This document shows positions 17,928-26,783 of a stretch of 64,000 bases of DNA, one piece after another. The translations under genes were made by a program, and so were the position numbers. How positions within the stretch are numbered: position 1 is the stretch's first letter; the number at the start of each line of letters is the position of its first letter. The notes under the pieces were generated by a model. That model was not told the origin of the DNA and did not search any database. It saw nothing but the letters and a program-made list of their open reading frames with translations. The stretch comes from an uncultured delta proteobacterium (GTDB taxonomy: Bacteria > Desulfobacterota > Binatia > Binatales > Binataceae): assembly GCA_963842085.1 (NCBI GenBank), contig CAWJET010000001.1:224001-288000 (forward strand), in the 5' to 3' direction.

Positions 17928-18242
17928 TTGATCCTAAAGACTCTCGCGGTGCTGGTGCTTGCCGCGGTGCTCGAGGTGGGCGGCGATGCGCTGGTCCGGA
18001 TAGGGCTGCATACCTACGGCTACCCGCTTGCAGCAGGCGCGTTCGCGCTTTTCGCCTACGGCATCCTGGTCAATCAAGGCGGCGTCGATTTCAATCGCCT
18101 GATGGGAATCTACATCGCAGTTTTCTTCGTAGTGTCGCAGGCGATCTCACTCATTCTCTTCAAGCAGGTCCCCGACGATAGAATCCTGCTCGGCGGCGGC
18201 TTCATCGTAGCCGGCGGCCTGGTGATTCTGCTGATGACGTGA
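17928..18242 (+). CDS. Small 4-TM membrane protein (SMR/YnfA-like)
   Basis: 104 aa with four hydrophobic segments and an intramembrane Glu in TM1 (AAVLEVGGD). Confidence 0.7.
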   Translation: MILKTLAVLVLAAVLEVGGDALVRIGLHTYGYPLAAGAFALFAYGILVNQGGVDFNRLMGIYIAVFFVVSQAISLILFKQVPDDRILLGGGFIVAGGLVILLMT

Positions 18243-18371
18243 GTCGGCGCGCCGTCACGCGGCTGTAGCAGCAGCAGTAGAGCAGCAGGTTGCCCGATCA
18301 GGCGCGTCTTGCCGACGCGGGCGGCGATGGCGGTTAGGATCGGACGATTGAAAGAGTCAATTCCGCGTCGA

Positions 18372-19292
18372 TCAGTTGGTGGCTTGCAGGACGTTGGCCG
18401 GCACCGTCATCGTGACCTGCAGGCGTTTGCCGTTGCGCACGACGCTGAGGTAGACCAGTTCGCCCGGCTGAAGGTCGCGCATGCAATCCTGGAAGTCGAG
18501 AAAGTTGGTCACGCGGGAGCCGTCGACGCCGATGATCATGTCGTAGCTCTCGCCGACCTGCATGTAGTCCAGCGCGGGAATGACCACCACCGACAAGCCG
18601 CCGGAGAAAACCGCTCCCACCATCGCAGCCGCCGCGAGCGCGTCGTGGACGGTATGGCTGTAGGGCTGCAAGCCGGCGGCGGCGGCCGGGCTGCCTTTCG
18701 CGACGGCCGTGATCAGCAGGCCGTCCGCGTCCTCGCCGGATTTGAGCGTGCGCTTCGCTTCGCGCAATTGCATTCCGAACGGAGTCGAAAGCTCGCCCTC
18801 GCTGTCGAACTCCTGCAAGGCCCTGAGCTGCTCCGGCGGCATCCCGCTCTGCTCCTCCTGGTAACGCGCGATTTCATCGCGGTCGTCGGCGGGCTGCGAA
18901 TCCGTGGGGCTCGGCGGCTGCTGCGACGCGCCGGCAGGATTGGGGGGCTGAATCTCGACAGCGCCGGGCTGCGTGGCGTCCATGTCAGGCGGGGTCGGAA
19001 CCATGTTCGACGGACCACCGGTTGTGGCGGAATCGGCAGATGGCGCGGCCACCGTGCGCGGAGGCGCGGGTGCGGCGACTTCTGCGATCGGTGCGCCAGC
19101 GGCGGGTGCCGCGGCCGGGCTTGCAGCGGCGGCAGATGCGGCGGCGGTCTTCCATGTCGCAGTGGCGGCGGTGTCGGCGGACTGGGCGGCAGCGAGCGCG
19201 CTTGCGATCAGAACCAGCGTCATCGCGGCGAGCGATGCGCCCAAAGCGCGAGGCGCGCGCGCTCTGCTAGTTAAGTCTCCAGTGCTTTTCAT
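18372..19292 (-). CDS. Exported Ala/Pro-rich protein with C-terminal PDZ domain
   Basis: Signal-like N-terminus, low-complexity linker, then GLLITAVAKGSPAAAAGL...DMIIGVDG...LSVVRNGK. Start uncertain. Confidence 0.75.
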   Translation of the reverse strand: MKSTGDLTSRARAPRALGASLAAMTLVLIASALAAAQSADTAATATWKTAAASAAAASPAAAPAAGAPIAEVAAPAPPRTVAAPSADSATTGGPSNMVPTPPDMDATQPGAVEIQPPNPAGASQQPPSPTDSQPADDRDEIARYQEEQSGMPPEQLRALQEFDSEGELSTPFGMQLREAKRTLKSGEDADGLLITAVAKGSPAAAAGLQPYSHTVHDALAAAAMVGAVFSGGLSVVVIPALDYMQVGESYDMIIGVDGSRVTNFLDFQDCMRDLQPGELVYLSVVRNGKRLQVTMTVPANVLQATN

Positions 19293-20145
19293 GCTCCACC
19301 ACGCGGCCCTCTCGCTCGAGCTTTCGCAGGTGAGAGCGGACCGAGCTTGCCGCCGCCGGATGCAGATACTCGGGAACATCGGTGTATATCTTCTTCACGA
19401 TCGCCATCGCGTCGAGCGGTCCGGCGCCGTCCGAGAGCGCCTCGAGCACCTGGCGCTCGCGCAATTCGCGATGAGCGATATATTCACCGATCTTCTCTTT
19501 CGGATTGCGGATGACCGGACCGTGAGCCGGGTAAATCGTCTCGAGATCGAGCGCGAGCAGGCGCCGGAGCGAATCCATGTACTCGCCCAAATCGCCAGTA
19601 TCGTCGGGAATGACTGTAGTACCTGCGCCCAGCACGACATCCCCCGTGAACAGCGCGCGCTCTTCTTCAAGATAGTAGCACAAGTGATCGGGCGCGTGCC
19701 CAGGAGTAAAAACCGCACGCAGGGTGGCGCCTTCGGTGTGCACGACGGCATCGTGGCCGATCGCGGAAATCGCGCCGGCGGGAGCGTCGTGGCCCTCCCA
19801 CGGCATCTTCAGCACTTCCATCTCGCCGAATCGCTCGGTGACCTGCTTCACGCCTCCCAGGTGATCGACATGCGCATGTGTCAGGACAATTCGTTCGAGT
19901 TCGCTGCTGCCGGAGAGTTCTTTGAGCGCGGCTTGGAGCAGGTCGGCGTAAATCGCGACGCCCTGGCCCGTGTCGAGCAAGATCGGGCGCTTCGAGGTGC
20001 CGACGATATAAGTGTTCGTGCCGGGTCCGGTGAAGGGACTCGGATTCTGGCCGAGCACGGTGGCGACGCGCGGCGTGATCCGCGAGTAATCCGGCATCTT
20101 GAGACCGATCATCGAATCGGTCACGACCCGCCGCTGCTTGCTCAT
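19267..20145 (-). CDS. MBL-fold metallo-hydrolase (LACTB2-like)
   Basis: NPSPFTGPGTNTY, THAHVDHLGG, TPGHAPDH, FTGD, PAHG and a C-terminal winged helix. Confidence 0.9.
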   Translation of the reverse strand: MSKQRRVVTDSMIGLKMPDYSRITPRVATVLGQNPSPFTGPGTNTYIVGTSKRPILLDTGQGVAIYADLLQAALKELSGSSELERIVLTHAHVDHLGGVKQVTERFGEMEVLKMPWEGHDAPAGAISAIGHDAVVHTEGATLRAVFTPGHAPDHLCYYLEEERALFTGDVVLGAGTTVIPDDTGDLGEYMDSLRRLLALDLETIYPAHGPVIRNPKEKIGEYIAHRELRERQVLEALSDGAGPLDAMAIVKKIYTDVPEYLHPAAASSVRSHLRKLEREGRVVEHEKHWRLN

Positions 20146-20161
20146 CAGACGTCCCTCAGAA

Positions 20162-20932
20162 CTAGCGCCGGTTACGCTCAAAAATCAGCCGCAGTCCCTT
20201 TAATGTCAGAAACTCGTCCACTTCTTCAATCGTTTCGCTCTCGGGCGCAATCAGGTCGGCGAGCCCGCCGGTCGCGATGACGCGCGCCTTCTCGCCGCGC
20301 TCCTTCAGGATGCGCGCGACCAGTCCATCGACCAGCGCGGTGTAGCCGAAGATCAGCCCCGACTGAATCGAGCCGACCGTCGTGCGGCCCACGGCCTCGC
20401 GCGGGCGCACCAGCTCGACCCGATACAGCTTGGCGGCGTGCTCGATCAGCGCGTTCATCGAGACCCCGAGGCCGGGTGCGATCGCGCCGCCGGCGTATTC
20501 GCCCTTGCCGGTCACGTAGTCAAACGTGGTGGCGGTGCCGAAATCGACGACGATCGTTGCGCACGCGTAACGCTCGTAGGCGGCAACCGCGTTTACGATT
20601 CGGTCGGCACCTACTTCCTTCGGATTCTCGTAGAGGATCGGCATCCCGGTTTTGATCCCAGGGCCCACCATCAGCGGCACACAATGGAAATAGCGCTCGG
20701 CTAGTTGCTCCATCACCTGGTTCAGGGGAGGAACCACGCAGGCGATCGAAACTCCCTCAGGCCTGAGGCCGCCCACGAGGCCGGCGCCCGCAAGGAGAGT
20801 GTTGAGGAGCGCGCCGTGCTCGTCGGTGGTGCGATCGGGAATGGTCGAGATGCGCCAATGATTGCGCAGGCGCTCGCCTTCGTAGATTCCAATCACGGTA
20901 TGGCTGTTGCCAACGTCAATCGCTATCAGCAT
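20162..20932 (-). CDS. coaX: Type III pantothenate kinase
   Basis: IDVGNSHT, YENPKEVGADR, VVDFGTATTFD, GGAIAPG and ATGG. Confidence 0.95.
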   Translation of the reverse strand: MLIAIDVGNSHTVIGIYEGERLRNHWRISTIPDRTTDEHGALLNTLLAGAGLVGGLRPEGVSIACVVPPLNQVMEQLAERYFHCVPLMVGPGIKTGMPILYENPKEVGADRIVNAVAAYERYACATIVVDFGTATTFDYVTGKGEYAGGAIAPGLGVSMNALIEHAAKLYRVELVRPREAVGRTTVGSIQSGLIFGYTALVDGLVARILKERGEKARVIATGGLADLIAPESETIEEVDEFLTLKGLRLIFERNRR

Positions 20933-21033
20933 GACAAAATTCCCGCTCCGGCCAGCGTCGGCAACTGCGACGCGATCGGGCAAAGATAATAGCGCGCCGG
21001 CCAGGATTAAACGAAACGGCTGGCGCGGCGCCG

Positions 21034-21693
21034 TTAGTGATGGAATCCGAACGACGGAGCCGACATCATCATCGGCATCATCGGGCTGCCCGCCGGGCGG
21101 CCGAACGCGGACATCGAAGGCGGCATCATCCACGGGCCGGGGTTCAGCGGCGGGCGCGCGGCGCGGGTCAGCGGACTGCTCATCGGCACGTACGCTGATG
21201 CGGGAAGCGGCGAGGGTCGGTTCATCGTTCCCACAACGGTGGCCGGGTAAGGATACAACGGGTACGGAAATGCGTAAGCCTGCTGGTTCTGGTAATCGTC
21301 GATCGTGCCCCAGTCCTGGTTGGGCCCGGCATTGCTGGCAGTGTCGTCATCGAGCGTCGGCGGCGGCGCACCCGGCGAGGAAGCGTTGATGGCCTGGCCG
21401 TCGTCGTCGTTGGCATTTGCGCCGGTGCCGTCGCATGTATCGGGTGCGCCGTCCTTGGCGCACGTCACCTGGGGAATCTCCAGGACCTTGTCGGCTGTGT
21501 CCGCGTCTTCGTCGATGGCAGGGCCGGTGCGTTCCCAATCTGCGTCGGCGCCCGCGGCTGCGGGCGCAGAGGAATCGGCGTCTGCGCTGACGGCGGCATC
21601 CTGCGAAAACGCTGCGCGCACGTTCACAAAGACGGTTATCGCAAGCGCCGCGAAAACTGCGACGATCATTCGCCCCGGCTGCATGCCGCTCAT
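21034..21693 (-). CDS. Hypothetical exported low-complexity protein
   Basis: Signal-peptide-like N-terminus, Asp/Ala-rich middle and Pro/Met-rich tail. Fills the gap upstream of coaX. Confidence 0.65.
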   Translation of the reverse strand: MSGMQPGRMIVAVFAALAITVFVNVRAAFSQDAAVSADADSSAPAAAGADADWERTGPAIDEDADTADKVLEIPQVTCAKDGAPDTCDGTGANANDDDGQAINASSPGAPPPTLDDDTASNAGPNQDWGTIDDYQNQQAYAFPYPLYPYPATVVGTMNRPSPLPASAYVPMSSPLTRAARPPLNPGPWMMPPSMSAFGRPAGSPMMPMMMSAPSFGFHH

Positions 21694-21792
21694 AATTTGA
21701 GACTACCATTCGATCCGGGAAGCGCCAAGGCGAAATCGCGGGTGCGTGAAGGAGGTTTGCACGCTGGCCGCCAGCGGCTAAGATTCCGCGCT

Positions 21793-22536
21793 ATGCCGGA
21801 AGCAAAAGTCGCATTGGTAACCGGCGCGGGCCGCGGCATCGGCCGCGACATCGCGCTTAGAATGGCGAAGGAAGGGTACGCGGTCGGGCTGATCGCGCGG
21901 ACCAAGTCCCAACTCGACGAAACCGCGGAATTGATTCGCGCGCAAGGCGGCAAAGAGGTGGTGACGCCGACCGACGTCTCGCGCCGCGAGCAGGTAGTCG
22001 CCGCGGTCGAGACGGTCGAGCGCGAGCTCGGACCGATCGCCGTGTTGATCAACAACGCGGGCGCGTACTTGCGCAAGCGCTTCACTGAAATTACCGAAGA
22101 GGATTTCGACTTCCAGCTCAAGGTGAACGCCTACGGACCGTTCTTCTGCACGCAGGCCGTGATCGGCAAGATGGCCGACCGCAAGGCAGGCACGGTGATT
22201 TTCGTGCTGGGCTCGGAGTCGCGCAGCGGACCGGCGCAGTACTCGGCCTACAACGCGTCGAAGCTGGCGCAGCGCGCCATCGCGGAGTCGGTGGCCTACG
22301 AGTTCATGCATCTCGGCGTGCATGCCGCCGCGCTCGATGTCGACGGCGCCGTGGACAGCGCCCGCGTGCGCGAGTCGATGCCCGACGTCGATCCGTCGCA
22401 CTTCGTTCCGCCGTCGGCGATATGCGACGAGATCGTGCACCTGATCAATCAGTCGAAGAGCGCGTGGACATTCCAGGTCGACATGCGATCGTTCGTGCAA
22501 TGGCGTCCGCGCGTCGCGCCAAAGAAGAAGGCCTGA
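21793..22536 (+). CDS. SDR family oxidoreductase
   Basis: VTGAGRGIG, NNAG and YNASK. Confidence 0.92.
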   Translation: MPEAKVALVTGAGRGIGRDIALRMAKEGYAVGLIARTKSQLDETAELIRAQGGKEVVTPTDVSRREQVVAAVETVERELGPIAVLINNAGAYLRKRFTEITEEDFDFQLKVNAYGPFFCTQAVIGKMADRKAGTVIFVLGSESRSGPAQYSAYNASKLAQRAIAESVAYEFMHLGVHAAALDVDGAVDSARVRESMPDVDPSHFVPPSAICDEIVHLINQSKSAWTFQVDMRSFVQWRPRVAPKKKA

Positions 22537-22606
22537 TCCGGCAAGCGATGAAAAACGCCAATTGAGGGTCTGCGCAAGAGCGCTCGCCAACGCAGGATGC
22601 GACCAA

Positions 22607-22902
22607 CTATTCGCATTTCCATTTCGCCGCGGCCGCGGCCATGGCGGACTTCCGAAGTTGCCGAAACAGGCGGTCCTCCCATCGTAACGCCTTGTTGAAG
22701 TTCTCAAGCGCTTTCAGAACTTCGATGGGCGGTGGCGGTTCGCCGAAACCAGAGTCGAGACTTATCTTGTCGCCCGGCTTGTAGCGTCCAGGATCGGTAT
22801 GGGCCTGACGATGGCATAGTTGGCCTCGAAGGATCGGATCTTTTGTGGTGGCTCGATCAGCCGGCTCCAGCCTTCTTCCCACTTCTTGAATGTGGCTGCC
22901 AT
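22607..22902 (-). pseudogene. Possible frameshifted small gene remnant
   Basis: A 46-aa ATG ORF (22902-22762, MAATFKKWEEGWSRLIE...) overlaps a second frame that continues to 22607. No recognisable family. Confidence 0.25.
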
Positions 22903-22935
22903 CGATAAGAATCTTACACCCTTGGCAATATTCGG

Positions 22936-24903
22936 TTACGCCGCCCTTGCCAGCGATCTTTTCTCCGGCCCGACCGCTATTTTTGCCGCTGCGCCTTGTT
23001 CGGTCCGCGGTAGCAGACGTGCCGAGTTGAGAATGAAGGCTAGTTCGGAAGTCACGTGAATGAAGGCGGCCAAGGGCGGACTCAACAGGCCCACCGACGC
23101 CAGTGCGATGCCGATCAGGTCAACTCCGATCGTGCCGGCGAAATTCCACCAGATTACGCGCCGAGTCCATCGCGCAATCTCGAGCGTCTCGGTGAACTTC
23201 AACAAGTCGTTGCCGAGCAGGACAACGTCTGCGCTCTCGCGGGCGACGTCCGTTCCCGAACCCATCGCGACGCCTACACTGGCCTCTGCCAACGCGGGCG
23301 CATCGTTGATTCCGTCGCCGACCATAGCCACGACGCGGCCGGCTGCCACGAGGCTCTTGACGCGCGCGAGTTTCGTCTCCGGTAACAGGCCGGCTTCGAC
23401 CTCGCTGATTCCGAGAGCGCGGGCGACCATCGCGGCGACATGCTCAGTATCTCCTGTCAGCAGAACGCTCCGGATGCCCATACGATTTAACGCCTCGATA
23501 GCGCGCCGCGCCTCTGGCCGCACGGTATCGGCGATTACGATCGCCCCGAGAAGGCGGGCGTCGCGCGTAACGAAAACCTCCGAGGAAGTGTCCGCGTCAG
23601 CCGCAAAGTCGCGCGGCACTTCTATCGCTTGATCAATAAAAAGCCCGCGATTGCCTACCAGGATCGTCACGCCATTCACCACCGTCGCGATGCCGCGGCC
23701 CGGGAAATAGTCAAACCGCTCGGGCTCACGGAGTGAATGGTTTTTCGCCAACGCGAGGTTAACGATTGCTTTGCCTAGCGGATGCTCGGAACGCATTTCC
23801 GCCGATGCCGCCGCATCGAGGACTTCGTCTGCCGATACACCAGTCACTGGGACCATCGCCTGCACTTCGGTCTTGCCGAAGGTGAGCGTGCCGGTCTTGT
23901 CGAGAACGACAGTATCTACCCGGCCCAAAGTCTCCAAATACAGGCCACCTTTCACGATCGCGCCAAGCCGCGCCGAGCGACCGATGCCCCCCAGAATCGC
24001 CAACGGTGTGCCCGCAGCTATGCCGCACGCGCCCGCAACGATTATTACGGAAATGGTAGACCGCGCATCTCGGGTGATGATGAACGTGAGCACCGCAGCG
24101 GCGAGCGCAAAATAGACCAGATATCCTGCCAATCGATCCGCTAACTGCTGCACCGGCGCACGCGAACGTTCGGCATGCTCAACTGCCTCGATGATCCTGC
24201 CGTAGCTGGTGTCGCGCCCGATTCGCTCCACCCGCATCTCGAGCGCCCCCGATTGATTAATTGTCCCGGCATACACAACCGCTCCCGCTACTTTCTCGGT
24301 GGGCATCGACTCGCCCGTAATTCGGGACTGGTCAACAAATGAGTGGCCGCTGGTCACGATGCCATCGGTCGGCACCAGATCGCCCGGGTTGACGAGTACC
24401 GAATCACCGATACGCAGCTCTTCGGTGGAAAACTCGCGGATGCCGCCGGCGCGCCGAACCATGACCGAGCGGGGAATGAAATCCATCAAATCCCGGATGG
24501 CCCGGCGGCCGCGAGAAACGGTCATCCCCTCGAGCACCTCGGCGACCAGAACGAACAACGTGATGATGAGCGCGGTAAATAACTGCGAGATGCAAGCGGC
24601 CGCGACGATCGCGATGCTCATGGACAATTCCATGGTCATTCGTCGTTCGGCGGCATTCTCCGCCGCTTCCTTGAAGATTGGCCAGCCGCCGATCAGAACG
24701 CCCAATGCGCCGATCAGGCTTATGCTCTGGAACGGTTCCCAAAGTCGGAGCCACACGGCCGCCGTGGCAAGCGCGACCACGATGATGCGCGCCGATTCGA
24801 CCGGGCCCAAGACCCGGTTGCGGTCCTCAGCGGCCGAGGCGGTCGTTTCACGCTGAGCCTGATCGACTAAAGTCGGGACTTCGACTCGTTCACGCTGATC
24901 CAT
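22936..24903 (-). CDS. Heavy-metal translocating P1B-type ATPase
   Basis: TGES, DKTGTLT, SEHP, LTGD and GDGINDAP. The TM metal motif reads VAGACG. No N-terminal metal-binding domain. Confidence 0.93.
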   Translation of the reverse strand: MDQRERVEVPTLVDQAQRETTASAAEDRNRVLGPVESARIIVVALATAAVWLRLWEPFQSISLIGALGVLIGGWPIFKEAAENAAERRMTMELSMSIAIVAAACISQLFTALIITLFVLVAEVLEGMTVSRGRRAIRDLMDFIPRSVMVRRAGGIREFSTEELRIGDSVLVNPGDLVPTDGIVTSGHSFVDQSRITGESMPTEKVAGAVVYAGTINQSGALEMRVERIGRDTSYGRIIEAVEHAERSRAPVQQLADRLAGYLVYFALAAAVLTFIITRDARSTISVIIVAGACGIAAGTPLAILGGIGRSARLGAIVKGGLYLETLGRVDTVVLDKTGTLTFGKTEVQAMVPVTGVSADEVLDAAASAEMRSEHPLGKAIVNLALAKNHSLREPERFDYFPGRGIATVVNGVTILVGNRGLFIDQAIEVPRDFAADADTSSEVFVTRDARLLGAIVIADTVRPEARRAIEALNRMGIRSVLLTGDTEHVAAMVARALGISEVEAGLLPETKLARVKSLVAAGRVVAMVGDGINDAPALAEASVGVAMGSGTDVARESADVVLLGNDLLKFTETLEIARWTRRVIWWNFAGTIGVDLIGIALASVGLLSPPLAAFIHVTSELAFILNSARLLPRTEQGAAAKIAVGPEKRSLARAA

Positions 24904-24915
24904 CGCAAGGCCCTG

Positions 24916-25191
24916 CTACTTGAGGTATGCCTGAACAATATCGATCAGTTCTTCCGCGCCCCTGGCACGAGAGCCGCGTTCGTGATCCGGATCGACAACA
25001 TGCATCCGGATGTGGTCCTCAATGATCTCAACCATCAGGCTGTTCATTGCTCCGCGCGCAGCGACCACCAGATGAAGGACGTTGGCGCAGCCCTTTTCTT
25101 CTTCGACCGCTCTTTCGAGCGCACGGACCTGCCCGAGAACACGGCGCACTCGGTTCAGGAGCTTGGTTTTCTCTTTGATGGTATGCGACAT
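24916..25191 (-). CDS. rcnR: RcnR/CsoR/FrmR family metal-sensing repressor (RcnR-type)
   Basis: MSHT start with His3, Cys35, His60 and His64 at the RcnR positions; GAGGAG RBS. Confidence 0.85.
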   Translation of the reverse strand: MSHTIKEKTKLLNRVRRVLGQVRALERAVEEEKGCANVLHLVVAARGAMNSLMVEIIEDHIRMHVVDPDHERGSRARGAEELIDIVQAYLK

Positions 25192-25210
25192 AATCGAACG
25201 GGTTCTCCTC

Positions 25211-25226
25211 ATACCAAAGGGGGTAT
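25211..25226. promoter_or_regulatory. CsoR/RcnR-type operator 1
   Basis: ATACCAAAGGGGGTAT: ATAC/GTAT arms flanking a G-tract, directly upstream of the rcnR RBS. Confidence 0.65.
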
Positions 25227-25285
25227 AGTAATATACGGCATCGCTGAGGTCCAGCGCTGCATGAGTGCAATCGTTCGATTGGAAT

Positions 25286-25305
25286 CAATACCCTAGGGGA
25301 TATTG
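25286..25305. promoter_or_regulatory. CsoR/RcnR-type operator 2
   Basis: CAATACCCTAGGGGATATTG: near-palindrome with C/G tracts. Confidence 0.55.
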
Positions 25306-25347
25306 GCCTGGGTTCGGCGGAGCCGTCGCCATAGTGCTGGTCTCCGG

Positions 25348-26751
25348 CTAGCCCGCCGCCTCCCCGGTACGCATCGCCGATGCGCTCACCCCGTGAGTGG
25401 ATGCAATGATGCGGATAGCGGCACGGGTCAGGGGCACCAGGCTCGGGCGATGAATCTTGTCGAGCGTGTCGATGGCGTCGAAGAGGTAGAAGGGCGCGGT
25501 GAGGAAGTTGACCAGCGGCACGCCGGCAAGATGAAAGGGTCCGCCGTCGCTGGTTGGCATCGGGCCGAAGACATCGGGCGGAAGGATCAGCGAGCGCTCG
25601 AGCTGCTCGGCAACAATCGCCTCGCGCACCATCGCCTCGACCGGCGCGAGCCTGCTCGTGAACCACCAGCGCGGCTCTGGATGCCCGGAGGCCACCAGGC
25701 CGCCATCGCGCTCGATCATCTCGTTCGCGGCGTGCTCGAGGTGGACTTCGAGCACCACGCGCACCAGCTCCGTCCTGTGCCGGTCAATAAACGAGTGCAC
25801 GCCGGCGCCGCCGGCCATGTGTCCCGCGTTGAGGAGGAAGACCAGGCGGTGCGGGCGCTCCGCCGACGCAACGCGCGCCCAGTAGGTGGCCTGCGCCAGG
25901 ACCATCGCTACGCCCGATGCGTCCTCGACCGCGGACGACCACGGGCCGTCGTGGTGTGAGCCAACGATGACACTGTCCTCTTCGGCCCCGGGCAGTTCGC
26001 CAACGACGTTATAGCTGGTTATGTCGTGGCGGATCGCGCGGTTGACCAATGTGCCCTGCACGCTTCCCGCGTCGCAGTATTGTCGCATCCGTGCGCCGTC
26101 GCCGTCACTGATCCAGACTCCGGGGATCGCGCGCGCCACGCCATCATAGGGGACGTAGTAGCGGTACGAGTCGCCGGGGTAGCCGCTCAACACCCCTACG
26201 AATCCGATCGCACCCGCCGCGAGAGGCGCATCCATAACCGCCATGAGGTGTTGGCTGAACGGCAGTACCTGGTTGGCCCCGGCGAGGCTGCCGTGCGGAT
26301 CGTAGCGTCGCCAGTCGGTATAGGCTTCTCCCGCCACGGCGCCTGCGAGCAGCAGCGGCAGATCCGCCGGCGAACGCATGAGCGGAACGTCGACCAGAGC
26401 GATCGCGCCACGGACGGCGCCGGGCGTTTGGTCACGCCACGGGACGAGCGGCGCGTCGAGACCATCACCGTCGGTCGCCGCCGAATGCGGCAGCGAGAAG
26501 CATGGAACGCGCGCCTCGCCGCCATCCGCGCGCACTGTCAATGTTGACTCAAGCGGCTCCCAGTAAGGCAGTGTCACGGGCTCGAGCCGGACGTGCTCCA
26601 GCCCGAGTTGGCGGAAGCGCTCGAGGCAGAAGTTCTCGGTCCAGCGATCGGCTGCATACCCGGGTCGCCGAACGCCGCGGGCAAAGACGGTCTCGATCCA
26701 CTCGAAGATGGTGCGCTCGTCCGGGACGAACGCGTTTTGCAGCCTGTTCAT
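25348..26751 (-). CDS. M28-like metallo-hydrolase with PA-like domain
   Basis: NVVGELPG, VGSHHDG, AVEDASG and TSDGGPF...DTLDK. Start set at the ATG at 26751. Confidence 0.75.
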   Translation of the reverse strand: MNRLQNAFVPDERTIFEWIETVFARGVRRPGYAADRWTENFCLERFRQLGLEHVRLEPVTLPYWEPLESTLTVRADGGEARVPCFSLPHSAATDGDGLDAPLVPWRDQTPGAVRGAIALVDVPLMRSPADLPLLLAGAVAGEAYTDWRRYDPHGSLAGANQVLPFSQHLMAVMDAPLAAGAIGFVGVLSGYPGDSYRYYVPYDGVARAIPGVWISDGDGARMRQYCDAGSVQGTLVNRAIRHDITSYNVVGELPGAEEDSVIVGSHHDGPWSSAVEDASGVAMVLAQATYWARVASAERPHRLVFLLNAGHMAGGAGVHSFIDRHRTELVRVVLEVHLEHAANEMIERDGGLVASGHPEPRWWFTSRLAPVEAMVREAIVAEQLERSLILPPDVFGPMPTSDGGPFHLAGVPLVNFLTAPFYLFDAIDTLDKIHRPSLVPLTRAAIRIIASTHGVSASAMRTGEAAG

Positions 26752-26783
26752 CCTAACAGACTCGCGGAGAGGTGCGCAGGATG

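Noticed and set aside
18262-18290. GCA-rich micro-repeat between convergent genes
   Set aside because: Too short and irregular to support a function.
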